A stretch of 64,000 bases of DNA from Vicinamibacteria bacterium (GCA_963555995.3 OY821641.1:2174867-2238866); one strand, 5' to 3'; positions 8,966 to 18,515 are shown, counted from the stretch's first letter. Program-made: numbers and translations. The notes: generated by a model from the letters alone, not told the origin.

Positions 8966-10788
8966 GCCGCCGGGCTCGACTTCAGGACGGCGACGAAAGC
9001 GGACTGGGGGATCTGCACGTTGCCGACCTGCTTCATGCGCTTTTTCCCTTCCTTCTGGCGCTCGAGCAGCTTCCGCTTCCGGGTGACGTCGCCGCCGTAG
9101 CACCTGGCGGTGACGTCCTTCCGGAGCGCCCGGATGTTGGTGCGGGCGATGATCTTTCCCCCGATCGCGCCCTGGATGGCGATCTTGAAGTTGTGCATCG
9201 GAATCGCCTCGGCGAGGCGTTCGCAGTAACCGAGCGCCCGCGGACGCGCCTTTTCCTCGTGGACGAGCTGGCTGAGGGCGTCCACCCGCTCGCCGTTCAC
9301 CAGGATGTCCACCTTGACGAGCCTGGTCGAGCGGTAGTCGAGCAGTTCGTAGTCGTAGCTGCCGTAGCCGTGGGTGACCGTCTTCAGCCGGTCGTGGAAG
9401 TCGAAGAGGACCTCGGCGAGCGGCAACTCGGCCTGGATCTCCACGCGCCGCGAAGACAGGAAGTTCATGCGGCTGGTCGCCAGGCGCCGCTCGGTCAGGA
9501 GTTCCATGACCGGTCCCACCGAACGCTCCGGAATCAGGATGGAAGCGCGGATGTACGGCTCCTCCGCGCCGGCGATGATCGCCGGGTCCGGGTAGTAGGC
9601 CGGGTTTTCGACTTCGTGCAGCTCCCCGTCCCGGGTGCTCACCCGGTAGCGCACGCTGGGGGCCGACAGGAGCAGCGACAGCCCGTGTTCCCGCTGCAGC
9701 CGCTCCTGCACCACGTCCAGATGGAGGAGTCCCAGGAATCCGCAGCGGAACCCGAACCCGAGGGCGGTGGAGGTTTCGCGCTCATACGTCAGCGCCGGGT
9801 CGTTCAGCGACAGTTTCCCGAGCGCGCTCTCGAGTTCGCCGTAGTCGTCGGTCGAGATGGGGTAAACGGAGCTGAACACCACCGGACGCGGTTCGCGGTA
9901 TCCGGGGAGCGACGTTTGCGCGGGGCGCGCGGTGTCCATCACCGTGTCGCCGATCGCGATGTCCTGAATCCGCTTGATGCCGCAGATGGCGTATCCCACC
10001 GCGCCCGCGGAAAGAACGTCCACCGGTTCCCGGCGGAGCCGCAGAAGTCCAACCTCCTCGACGACGTGGTCCGTGTCCCCGCGCATCAGGCGCACCCGGT
10101 CGCCGCGACGAATCGCGCCGTCCACCACGCGGACCAGCAGCACGACGCCCCGGAAGGTGTCGTACTGGGCGTCGAAGATGAGCGCCCGCAGCGGATCCGC
10201 CGGATCGCCGCCCGGCGGGGGAATCCGCGTCACGATGGCGTCCAGGATTTCCTCGATCCCCTCGCCCTTCTTCGCCGAGGCGAGCACCGCCTCGAAGGGA
10301 TCGAGTCCCAGCTCCTCGTCGATCTCCTCGCGCACCCGCTCCGGGTCGGCGGCCGGCAGGTCAATCTTGTTGATGACCGGAACCACCTCGAGGTCGTACT
10401 CCATCGCCACGAAGTGGTTGGCGACCGTCTGCGCCTCGACCCCCTGCGCCGCGTCCACCAGCAGGAGCGCTCCCTCGCAGGACATGAGCGAGCGGCGCAC
10501 CTCGTGGGAGAAGTCCACGTGGCCGGGGGTGTCAATCAGGTTGAGCTGATAGCGCTCCCCATCCTTCGTCTCGTGGAGGAGCGAGACGCTGTTCGACTTG
10601 ATGGTGATCCCGCGCTCGCGCTCGAGGTCCATCGAGTCCAGCAACTGGTCCCGGAACTCGCGGTCGCTGACCCCGCCGCAGCGTTGGATGAGCCGGTCGG
10701 CGAGCGTGGACTTCCCGTGATCAATGTGCGCGATGATGCAGAAGTTGCGGACCCGCGCGATGGGAACCGGACCGCTGGTGTTGGGCAA
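8962..10788 (-). CDS. lepA: Elongation factor 4 (LepA)
   Basis: 608 aa. NFCIIAHIDHGKSTLADRL and DTPGHVDF are GTPase motifs. The C-terminus (GGDVTRKRKLLERQKEGKKRMK) is characteristic of LepA. Confidence 0.95.
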   Translation of the reverse strand: MPNTSGPVPIARVRNFCIIAHIDHGKSTLADRLIQRCGGVSDREFRDQLLDSMDLERERGITIKSNSVSLLHETKDGERYQLNLIDTPGHVDFSHEVRRSLMSCEGALLLVDAAQGVEAQTVANHFVAMEYDLEVVPVINKIDLPAADPERVREEIDEELGLDPFEAVLASAKKGEGIEEILDAIVTRIPPPGGDPADPLRALIFDAQYDTFRGVVLLVRVVDGAIRRGDRVRLMRGDTDHVVEEVGLLRLRREPVDVLSAGAVGYAICGIKRIQDIAIGDTVMDTARPAQTSLPGYREPRPVVFSSVYPISTDDYGELESALGKLSLNDPALTYERETSTALGFGFRCGFLGLLHLDVVQERLQREHGLSLLLSAPSVRYRVSTRDGELHEVENPAYYPDPAIIAGAEEPYIRASILIPERSVGPVMELLTERRLATSRMNFLSSRRVEIQAELPLAEVLFDFHDRLKTVTHGYGSYDYELLDYRSTRLVKVDILVNGERVDALSQLVHEEKARPRALGYCERLAEAIPMHNFKIAIQGAIGGKIIARTNIRALRKDVTARCYGGDVTRKRKLLERQKEGKKRMKQVGNVQIPQSAFVAVLKSSPAA

Positions 10789-10791
10789 CGG

Positions 10792-12582
10792 TCAGGGACG
10801 AGCCGTGGGAACGAGGGTCACCTCGTGGCGTTCCCCGTCGCGGAGGAACACCACGGTGAGCGGCTCGCCGATGCGGGCGGCCTCCAGCGCGTTCATGTAG
10901 TCGTAGATGTTCAGGACCGGCGTTCCCGCGAACTCGACGATGACGTCGCCCTTCCGGAGCCCCGCCTCTTCGGCCGGCCCGCCCGCCATGACCCCGCCGA
11001 GCAGCAGTCCCTCGATCTCGGTGGCGTACTCGGGGATCGTCCCGGTGTAGGCGCGCAGCGAGACGCGCGAGGTCGCGGTCTCCGGGGCGCGCTCCACCTC
11101 GACGAACTCGGGGACCGGATCGCTCTCGGCCACCCGGCGGGCGACGAGGCCCGTGAAGCGGGCGATCCGGGCGAGGCCCTCGTAGTTCAGCTTGTCGGCG
11201 GTGTCGGACGGCCGGTGGTAGTCGGGGTGCGTCCCGGTGAAGAGGTTGAGGGTGGGCACGCTCTCGCTGTTGAACGCCGACGAGTCGGTGGGGAGGTAGG
11301 GGTCGTCGGAGAGCGCGAGGTCGAATCCCCCCGGCACGTTCGCCCGCTCGACGATGCCCGGCCAGACGCTCGACGAGCCCATCGCCTGGACGGTCAGCCG
11401 GTTCTCCTCGAGCCGCCCCACCATGTCGAGGTTGATGTAGGCCGCGAGCCGGTCCGGCCGGATGTCGTCCCGGACGAACGCGCGGGAACCGAGGAGGCCT
11501 GATTCCTCCCCGGACCAGAAGCCGACCAGCACCGGCCGGGCGAGGGGAGCGTCGGCAACGGTGCGCGCCAGCGCGAGCACCGCGGCGGTCCCCGACGCGT
11601 TGTCGTCGGCGCCGGGATGGACCGCCGGGGGAGCGTGGGGGTTCAGCGAGCCGCCGCCCCCCATCCCCAGGTGGTCGTAGTGGGCGCCCACCGCGACGTA
11701 GGGCGGATCGAGGCTGCCGTCCGCCGCCGGGAGGATCCCGACCACGTTCGCGCCGCTGGTGGGCGTCCGCTCGAGGTCCACGGCCAGGGTGGCGAACCCG
11801 GGCAGCGGGAAGGACCCGGCGTCCACCTCGCCCGCATCGAGCGATCGCTGCACCTCGGCGAGGGAGACCCCGGTCCCCGCGAAGAGCCGGTCGCCGGCCG
11901 CCCCGTCAATCGAGACGGCGAGGATGCCCTGGCTGCCCGGCGCCGCAATGTCGAAGGCATCGGGAGCCAGTTCCCCGGCCCCTTCGGACCCGGGACCGGT
12001 GATCACCACCATCCCGGCCGCCCCCTGGTCCCGCGCCGCTGACGCCTTGGACCGGAAGTCCGCGTGACGGTTCAGCACCGACCGCGTCTCGTCCTCCACA
12101 TCGTCCGGGAAGTAGCGGAGGACGACCACCACCTTGTCGCGGACCTCGTGGCCGGCGTAGCTGTCGTAGCGGACCCCGGCGCTCTCCGGAACCCGGATGC
12201 CGTAGCCGGCGAAATAGAGCTCTCCCCGCACCTCCCCGGTTTCCGAGAACGCGAACGCCTTCACCTGGTCGCTTCCGAAGCGCTTGTGGCCCCCGGCCCG
12301 CAGCGAGGACCCCCGGTCCTCCACTCCGGCTATGAAACGGAAGGGGATCCCGAGACCGTCCCGGCCGGGGAGGGGCCGGGCGCCGGCCGCCTCCAGCTCG
12401 GAAATCAGGTAGCGCCGCGCGGTCGCGGCTCCCGGCGTGCCCACCGCGCGCCCCTCGGTGCCCGGTCCGGTGAGCGCGAGGACATCGTCACGGAGTTCCT
12501 CGGGAGTCTGGGCCGCGGCGGGGAGCGCCAGCAACAGCGCGAGCGAACAACTGACCCCGGTGAGGGTCTGGCGGCGGTTCAT
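10792..12582 (-). CDS. Secreted M28-family aminopeptidase with C-terminal PDZ domain
   Basis: This is the C-terminal part of track ORF 10792..14307, starting at ATG 12582 (MNRRQTLTGVSCSLALLLALPAAAQ). HYDHLG, GADDNASG, EESGLLGS and NLDMVG are M28 metal-ligand blocks. The PDZ-like tail is GGPAEEAGLRKGDVIVEF. Confidence 0.85.
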   Translation of the reverse strand: MNRRQTLTGVSCSLALLLALPAAAQTPEELRDDVLALTGPGTEGRAVGTPGAATARRYLISELEAAGARPLPGRDGLGIPFRFIAGVEDRGSSLRAGGHKRFGSDQVKAFAFSETGEVRGELYFAGYGIRVPESAGVRYDSYAGHEVRDKVVVVLRYFPDDVEDETRSVLNRHADFRSKASAARDQGAAGMVVITGPGSEGAGELAPDAFDIAAPGSQGILAVSIDGAAGDRLFAGTGVSLAEVQRSLDAGEVDAGSFPLPGFATLAVDLERTPTSGANVVGILPAADGSLDPPYVAVGAHYDHLGMGGGGSLNPHAPPAVHPGADDNASGTAAVLALARTVADAPLARPVLVGFWSGEESGLLGSRAFVRDDIRPDRLAAYINLDMVGRLEENRLTVQAMGSSSVWPGIVERANVPGGFDLALSDDPYLPTDSSAFNSESVPTLNLFTGTHPDYHRPSDTADKLNYEGLARIARFTGLVARRVAESDPVPEFVEVERAPETATSRVSLRAYTGTIPEYATEIEGLLLGGVMAGGPAEEAGLRKGDVIVEFAGTPVLNIYDYMNALEAARIGEPLTVVFLRDGERHEVTLVPTARP

Positions 12583-13730
12583 CGGAAGGTCTCCGGGTGC
12601 CGGTTCCGGGATGGCGCGGAGCGAAGCGCGGCAAGCGCGGCCTCGTGATCCCAGTCGGCGAGGTAGATCTGGCCGCCTTCCCCGCCGTGGCGGGTGGAGG
12701 TCCAGGCGAGGCCCTCCCCGTCCGGGGTGGGGACCGGCAGCCCGTCGAAGCCGTCCGTGGTGGTGATCCGGACCGGCTCCTTCTCGCCGCCGACATCCAC
12801 CATGTACACCTCGAAGTTGCTGAATCCCAGCTTGTTCGAGGCGAACAGGACGTACTCGAGGGACGGATGGACATACGGCGCCCAGCTCATGGCCCTGAAG
12901 TCGGTAAGCTGGCGCTGGTCGCTCCCGTCCGGGTTCATGGACCAGACGTCCGCCACCAGCCCGTCTTCCGAGAAGCGCCGCCAGATGATCCGCGACCCGT
13001 CGGGGAAGTAGAACGGGCCGCCGTCGTAGCCGGGCACGTGGGTCAACCGCCGCTGCTCGCTGCCGTCGGCGCGCATGGTCCAGATCTCGCCGAAGTACGA
13101 CGGATCTATTTCGGCGAGACGGGTCTCCCGCTCCGTGAGTTCGTCCTCGAACATGCCCCGCATCGAGGTGAAGACGACCGACGCGCCGTCCGGCGACCAG
13201 CTCCCCTCGGCGTCGTAGCCCTGCGCGTCGGTGAGGCGAACGAGTTCGCCGTCCGAGCGCCGTTCCACGAAGACGTCCATGTGGGAGTCGTAATCCCACT
13301 CGTAGCGGCGCTCCTGGCCGCTCTCCCGGAACGCGATCTCTTCCCGCTGCAGCTCGAGCGAACGCGGGTCGAGGTGCGTCGAGGCGAACAGGATGTCCCC
13401 GTTCTTCCCCGAGATGAACGCGCAGGTGGTCTTGCCGCGCCCCGGAGACACGCGGCGCACGTCCCCCGTCTCCATGGACAGCAGGTAGATCTGGAAGAAG
13501 GGGTTCCCCGGCTCCCGCTCCGACTGGAAGACCATCTCCCGCCCGTCCGGGGAGAAGTACCCCTCCCCCGCGCGCTTTCCCTCCACGGTCAGGCGGCGGA
13601 TGCGGCTCAGGAACCGCGACTCGTCCTCGGCCCCCTGCGTCGCAAGAGCCGGAGCCAACAGACCCCCGCCCAGCGCAATTGGAAGTACGAACACGAGGCG
13701 GCCGGATACGCGCCGCAACGACTGGAACAT
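12579..13730 (-). CDS. Periplasmic PD40/TolB-like beta-propeller protein
   Basis: Repeated SPDG/NPDGS...F.S motifs (YFSPDGREMVFQS, WSPDGASVVFTS, MNPDGSDQRQLT). A signal peptide follows ATG 13730 (MFQSLRRVSGRLVFVLPIALGGG). An ATGA overlap links it to the M28 gene. Confidence 0.8.
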   Translation of the reverse strand: MFQSLRRVSGRLVFVLPIALGGGLLAPALATQGAEDESRFLSRIRRLTVEGKRAGEGYFSPDGREMVFQSEREPGNPFFQIYLLSMETGDVRRVSPGRGKTTCAFISGKNGDILFASTHLDPRSLELQREEIAFRESGQERRYEWDYDSHMDVFVERRSDGELVRLTDAQGYDAEGSWSPDGASVVFTSMRGMFEDELTERETRLAEIDPSYFGEIWTMRADGSEQRRLTHVPGYDGGPFYFPDGSRIIWRRFSEDGLVADVWSMNPDGSDQRQLTDFRAMSWAPYVHPSLEYVLFASNKLGFSNFEVYMVDVGGEKEPVRITTTDGFDGLPVPTPDGEGLAWTSTRHGGEGGQIYLADWDHEAALAALRSAPSRNRHPETFR

Positions 13731-13801
13731 GGGGAAACGAGGGCTGCGAACCGGCCGGTCGGTAACCGCTGATTGTACCCCGGAGGGTGGCGGCTGCCGC
13801 C

Positions 13802-13847
13802 GGGACCGCCGGTCTCCAGACCGGCATCGACCGCCGAGAGGCGGTCG
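13802..13847 (-). repeat. REP-like double-hairpin module (reverse orientation)
   Basis: CCGGTCTCCAGACCGG is followed by GACCGCC-GAGA-GGCGGTC. It shares the architecture of the other intergenic modules. Confidence 0.7.
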
Positions 13848-14020
13848 AAACCACACCTGCACCGAACCCCACAGCAGAAACCGGAGGGGAAGCCTCTGTT
13901 CCGGCGACGGGGTTGCGGCTTGGAGCCCCATCAAGGGGACAGGGACGGAATCCTCCACCGCCTCGGCGCTCCAGTGTCGCAACGTCCACCCGGCCCCGGT
14001 ATGTTTCGAGACCGTCCCTC

Positions 14021-14842
14021 ATGAATCTGCCCAACCCGTTTGTCAAACTTCGGGAACTCAGCCGGATACGGAGGGACATCGTCCGCGATCGGAAGAGGCT
14101 ACGCACCCAGATCCAGGCCATCGTCGGCGCTGCCGGGTTTCGGATCGGCAGTGCGCTTCCGGATCCTCTTGACCCGGATGGACTCCACATTCTCGAAGGT
14201 CTCGCCGCCGACACGCCGACGCACATCCTCCTCAAGGGCCTTTCTTCGTACGTCGGACACGACGAAGGAGAACTCCGGGACGCCCTGACGGCTCGCCTGG
14301 ATGACACCGGCCGCTTTCTTCTGAGCGACCAGCTACGGGCGTGGAAGTCGGCGATCCGCAGAGTCGCGACCTACGACGCTCGCATCGCCAAAGGCCTGTC
14401 CGAATTCGACGAGCCGCTCGACCTCCTGACGACGATTCCCGGAATCAGCCGCGAGGCGGCGTGCGCCATCTTGCTGGAACTGGGACCGGACATCCGAACC
14501 TTCGAGTCCAGCAGTCAGTGCGCGGCGTTTGCGGGCCTTGCCCCGGGCAGGAGAGGTGGCGGGAACCACGAGGAGCGTGGCGCCGGTCGCCGGCGTAGCC
14601 CCCCCTTGCGCGGGATCCTGATCGAATGCGCCGAGGCCGCCACCCTTGCGAGGGGGACCGAGTTCCGGCGCTACTACGAGACCGATCGGGATCGGAAAGG
14701 CCACCAGCACGCTCTGGTCGCCACCGCCAACAAGCTGGTCCGTGTCATCTACGGGGTTCTCAGCAACCGCGCCCCCTACCGCGATGCCCGGAGCGGGGAG
14801 ATGTCCATCCGGACAGATTCGGAGCCTCGCAGCGTCCCATAG
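14021..14842 (+). mobile_element. IS110-family transposase relic (5'-truncated: only the Transposase_20-like C-terminal part remains)
   Basis: LRELSRIRRDIVRDRKRLRTQIQ...LLTTIPGISREAACAILLELGPDIRTFESSSQCAAFAGLAPG...ALVATANKLVRVIYGVL matches the IS110-family C-terminal domain. No DEDD/RuvC-like N-terminal domain is found in any frame upstream (13600-14020). No inverted or terminal non-coding ends are recognisable. Confidence 0.75.
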
Positions 14843-14893
14843 CCGGCGTTCCTCGGCGCTCCAAGGCCCGCGGGGACTCCCTCCGAGCTCGGA

Positions 14894-16540
14894 CTACTCC
14901 CCCGCGTACGCCGGGCCACGGAGCGCCCGGCCGGGGAGCGCGCCGGTGTACTCGCCCTCGTCCACCACCGGGGTCCCGTTCACCAGGACGTAGCGCATGC
15001 CGACGGAGTAGTGGAACGGATCTTCGAAGGTGGCCACCCCGCGGATCATCTCCGGATCGAAGACCGCGAGGTCGGCGAAGTGCCCTGCGGCGAGCGTGCC
15101 CCGCTCCTCGAGTCCCAGGATCTCCGCGGGAAGCCCGCTCAGCTTGCGGATCGCCTCCTCCCAGGTGAGGAGGCCCTCCTCGCGGACGTAGGTGCCGAGG
15201 AGGCGGGGAACCGTCCCGAGATGCCGGGGATGGACGAGCGGGGGCAGGTTCTCGGAGTCGAGATCCATCGTGCCGCCGTCGGTCCCGCCGGCCACGTAGG
15301 GCTGGGCCAGCACCTGCCGGAGCGTGTCCTCCTCGTTGTTCCAGTCAATGACGATGCCGCGGCCCTCCTGCTCGAGGACCACGTCCATGAAGGCCTCCTC
15401 GGCGGGTTGGCTGCGCATCTCCGCCACTTCCTCGACCAGCTTGCCGTTGATCTCCGGATCGTCCACCCCGAGCCGGACGCGGTGCCAGCCGATGTTCGCG
15501 AGGTAGGGCGGCTCGGTGACGAAGTCGCCGGCGATGCGCTCGCGCATTGCCGGATCGCGCAGCCGTTCGAGCATCGCCTCGACGCCGCCTTCCTGCGCCC
15601 AGGCGGGGATGTAGCTGCGGAGGCCGGTGATGCCCCAGGTGGAGGTGTAGGAATCGCCGGTCACCTGCATCCCCCGGAGCCGGGCTTCATCAATGAGGCC
15701 GAGGAAGGTGTCCGCCTCGGTGGAAGACGTCGAGTTCAGGTGGAAGAAGTGGACCGGCGCGCCCGCCCGTTCGCCGATGAGGAGGGCCTCGGTGATCGCC
15801 TCCGGATCGGTCCCGTTCATGGTGCGGGCGTGGTTCGCGAAGATGCCGCCCGCCGCGGCCGCCTCGGCGACGATCGCCGCGAGTTCCTCCGTGGACATGT
15901 AGATGTTGGGCACGTAGCTCATGCCGGCGGAGACCCCGAACGCACCCTCGGCCATGGCGTCCCGCACCAGCCCCAGCATCTGCTCGAGTTCCTCGCCGGT
16001 GGGCTCCCGGTCCTCATAGCCCATGACGTAGGCCCGGACCGAGCCGGAGCCGACGTAGGACGCCACGTTGATGGCGATGCCGGTTTCGTCCAGATAGTCG
16101 AGGAATCCGCCCAGGGTTTCCCACTTCCCTTCCAGTTCCTCGGGCAGGCTGCCCTCGATCCTTCCGCCGCGCGGGCCCATCGAAGTGGTCTCTCCGTAGA
16201 CCTCGGTGGTGAGCCCCTGGAACGCGAACGAAGGCCCCTGGCCGCCGTCGAGCAGGCGTCGGAGCTCGGAATGGCTGTGCATGTCGACAAAACCGGGCGC
16301 CACGTAGAGGCCGGTGGCATCAATCGTTCGTTCCGCGCTGCCGCCGACGTCGCCGATCGCGGCGATGCGGTCTCCCTTGATCGCCAGATCGGCGACGACT
16401 CCCGGTGCTCCGGTCCCGTCGAAAACGGTGCCGCTTTCGATGATCAGGTCGTAATCCGGCGGCCCGCAGCCGAAGAGGCAAACCGCCAGCACCAGTCCGA
16501 GAAGGGCAACGCGTCTTGGCGCGCCGTGCTGGAACATCAT
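14894..16540 (-). CDS. N-acyl-D-amino-acid deacylase (D-aminoacylase) family amidohydrolase, secreted
   Basis: Start at ATG 16540 (MMFQHGAPRRVALLGLVLAVCLFGCG, lipobox-like). YDLIIESGTVFDGTG...APGFVDMHSHS is typical of D-aminoacylases. The upstream part of the track ORF runs through the REP cluster and is rejected. Confidence 0.85.
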   Translation of the reverse strand: MMFQHGAPRRVALLGLVLAVCLFGCGPPDYDLIIESGTVFDGTGAPGVVADLAIKGDRIAAIGDVGGSAERTIDATGLYVAPGFVDMHSHSELRRLLDGGQGPSFAFQGLTTEVYGETTSMGPRGGRIEGSLPEELEGKWETLGGFLDYLDETGIAINVASYVGSGSVRAYVMGYEDREPTGEELEQMLGLVRDAMAEGAFGVSAGMSYVPNIYMSTEELAAIVAEAAAAGGIFANHARTMNGTDPEAITEALLIGERAGAPVHFFHLNSTSSTEADTFLGLIDEARLRGMQVTGDSYTSTWGITGLRSYIPAWAQEGGVEAMLERLRDPAMRERIAGDFVTEPPYLANIGWHRVRLGVDDPEINGKLVEEVAEMRSQPAEEAFMDVVLEQEGRGIVIDWNNEEDTLRQVLAQPYVAGGTDGGTMDLDSENLPPLVHPRHLGTVPRLLGTYVREEGLLTWEEAIRKLSGLPAEILGLEERGTLAAGHFADLAVFDPEMIRGVATFEDPFHYSVGMRYVLVNGTPVVDEGEYTGALPGRALRGPAYAGE

Positions 16541-16683
16541 CGGCGTCTTTCCCGGGGATTGGACCCCGTTTCGGCGCGGCGGGTGATGCGCGACGTCAAG
16601 GTCCGGGGGTCTTCCGAATGTAGCACCTTCCGGGTCGCCGGCGGGGTACGACTTGCGCGGCGCGCCGGCTCTCCTGCGCACCG

Positions 16684-17030
16684 CGCCGGTCATGAAGACG
16701 GCGGAACGGTTTGGAACGCCGGCTTCAGCCGGCACAGCGAGCCGAAGGCTCGCGGATGTCGTGCCGCTGTTCGCGGTGATGGACCGAGAGCCGACGCCAT
16801 CGCGTGGGGCAGCGTCGTGGCGTCCGCTGCGCTTCGCGCAGCGGGTGCCGGCTGAAGCCGGCGCTCCAAGCCGTTGCGCCAATGGGGTACCGTCATGCCG
16901 TCCGCTGCGCTCCGCGCAGCGAATGCCGGCTGAAGCCGGCGCTCCAAGCCGTTGCGCCAACGGGGCAGCGTCGTGCGATCCGCTGCGCTTCGCGCAGCGG
17001 GTGCCGGTCTGGAGACCGGCGTTCCAAGCG
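16684..17030. repeat. REP/MITE-like cluster: one reverse module plus three forward modules at a 78-bp period
   Basis: The reverse module lies at about 16707-16754. Forward modules start at 16824, 16902 and 16980 (CCGCTGCGC[TC]TCGCGCAGCG..TGCCGG.CTG[AG]AG.CCGGCG[CT]TCCAAGC). The last module ends at 17030, directly abutting the nhaC stop codon. Confidence 0.85.
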
Positions 17031-18443
17031 TCACGGCGTGGTCGTGTCGTTGTGGTTCTCCGACCTGCCGAGGCCCGTGGTGATCGCCACCAGGATCATG
17101 GCTAGGAGCGCCCATGAGTAGGCGTTCGCCAGCCCGGCTTCGAGGGCGGACACCCTCGGCACGCCGAACGCTTCACCGGAGGCGGTCGCCGAGGCCGCGA
17201 GGATGGTCGGAATGAAGAAAGGCAGGAGAAACGGGTAGGTGCAGACGGTCATGTCCAGCAGGTTCGCGCGCCGGAAGCGCCCCACGCCGGCGCGCCGGCC
17301 GGAATCCCGGACCAGGTCGCCGACCGCGAGGATGGCCATCACCGAATGCGTGGTCAGCATCACGGCGGCGCTCGTCATGGCAAAGATGCCGAACTCTGCC
17401 CCGCGCGCCGTCGGTGCAGCCCGCCAGGGGCCGCGCACGCCGGCCAACCGGTCCACGATACCCGCCTCCTGGGCCGCCCCCACGATCCCCATGAGGAGGA
17501 TGGTGAAGATCACGATCCCGACCGCGCCCTCCATCCCGTCCAGAATGAGGCCGCGGGCCTGGAAGGACCCGGCGTCAATGTGGAGCAGGCCGGCGGGGGT
17601 GACGAGCCCCAGCGCCAGAGCCAGCGCCACCGCGACGGCCACCCCGGCGAAGAGGCTCTCCACCAGGCCGCGCCCCCACCACAACATGAGAAACGCGGCC
17701 ACCGGCGCCAGCAACATGGGGAGCGCGGACGGGTCGCCCGCGAGCGCCGCGCCCGGGACCAGTTCCGTGGCCGGGGGCGCCTCGGCGCCGCCGAGCAGCA
17801 CAAGGATGAGAGCGGCCGCCAGGGCGGCGGGCAGTGCATAGCGGAGGCGGCTGCGCACGACCCCGCCCATGGGCGCGTCCTGGGTGGTCGCGGACGCGAT
17901 GGTCGTGTCCGAAACGGGCGAGACGTTGTCCCCGAAGGTGGCGCCGGCCAGGATCGCCCCGATCAACGCGACCGGGTTGGCCCCGAAGACGCCCGCCGCG
18001 GGGTAGAGCAGCGGCGCGCAGATGAGGATCGTCCCGAGGCTGGTGCCGGTCGCGGTCGAGAAGAGGACCGCGACGAGGAAGGCCAGCAGGACGAAGCCGC
18101 CGCCGCTCACCCCCAGTTCGGCGCCCGCCCACACCAGGGCGTGGACGAACCCGGATTCGCGCAGCACGGCCGAGAAGATGCCCGCCAGCAACCAGGCCGC
18201 CACCATGAGCATGACGATGGGGCGCGACATCCCGCGGAGAGCCGCCGCGCTGTAGTCGGAGGCCCTCCTGGCGAGCAGGAGGCCGGCGCCCAGCGCCACG
18301 ACCAGGACGGGCCACAGGCCGCGCTCGTCGGGTGCGCCGGAAAAGCCCAGCCAGGCGGCGCCGGCGGCGAAGACGAGGATCGGGAGCGCCGCTCCCGCAA
18401 GGCCCAGCCGGAAGGCGAGCGGCGGCTTTGGATGGTCGGCCAC
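17031..18443 (-). CDS. nhaC: Na+/H+ antiporter NhaC family
   Basis: Polytopic protein. FSTATGTSLGTILICAPLLYP...GATFGDNVSPVSDTTIASA is typical of NhaC. The start is uncertain. GVG 18443 (VADHPKPPLAF...) is preferred, because ATG 18521 would overlap the divergent gene start. Confidence 0.8.
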   Translation of the reverse strand: MADHPKPPLAFRLGLAGAALPILVFAAGAAWLGFSGAPDERGLWPVLVVALGAGLLLARRASDYSAAALRGMSRPIVMLMVAAWLLAGIFSAVLRESGFVHALVWAGAELGVSGGGFVLLAFLVAVLFSTATGTSLGTILICAPLLYPAAGVFGANPVALIGAILAGATFGDNVSPVSDTTIASATTQDAPMGGVVRSRLRYALPAALAAALILVLLGGAEAPPATELVPGAALAGDPSALPMLLAPVAAFLMLWWGRGLVESLFAGVAVAVALALALGLVTPAGLLHIDAGSFQARGLILDGMEGAVGIVIFTILLMGIVGAAQEAGIVDRLAGVRGPWRAAPTARGAEFGIFAMTSAAVMLTTHSVMAILAVGDLVRDSGRRAGVGRFRRANLLDMTVCTYPFLLPFFIPTILAASATASGEAFGVPRVSALEAGLANAYSWALLAMILVAITTGLGRSENHNDTTTP

Positions 18444-18515
18444 CCGGTTATGATCGGGGATCGTCGCCGGAGGGGCCAGCGGCGGCGCCCGGGCCGCTGC
18501 GAGGAGGGCAGGCAG

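Noticed and set aside
8923-11502. An 859-aa plus-strand ORF, and similar very long ORFs (e.g. 41445..43892, 52889..55240, 35844..37499, 46493..48436, 17346..18515, 50866..52116 minus).
   Set aside because: Each is antisense to, or out of frame with, a gene that has clear family motifs (lepA/M28, the Fbp genes, DUF1501/FGE, metG, cofE, nhaC, DUF1549). Their Arg/Gly/Pro/Ala-rich translations are typical of shadow ORFs in high-GC DNA.
13787-14020. N-terminal extension of the IS110-like ORF as the missing catalytic domain.
   Set aside because: The translation (MAAAAGTAGLQTGIDRREAVETTPAPNPTAETGG...) has no DEDD/RuvC-like motifs and runs through a REP module. The other two frames are equally uninformative.
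10792-14307. A single 1171-aa ORF spanning the M28 peptidase region and beyond.
   Set aside because: Only the C-terminal 596 aa (from ATG 12582, with a signal peptide) look like a real protein. The upstream part overlaps the well-supported PD40 propeller gene in another frame and runs antisense into the IS110 relic.
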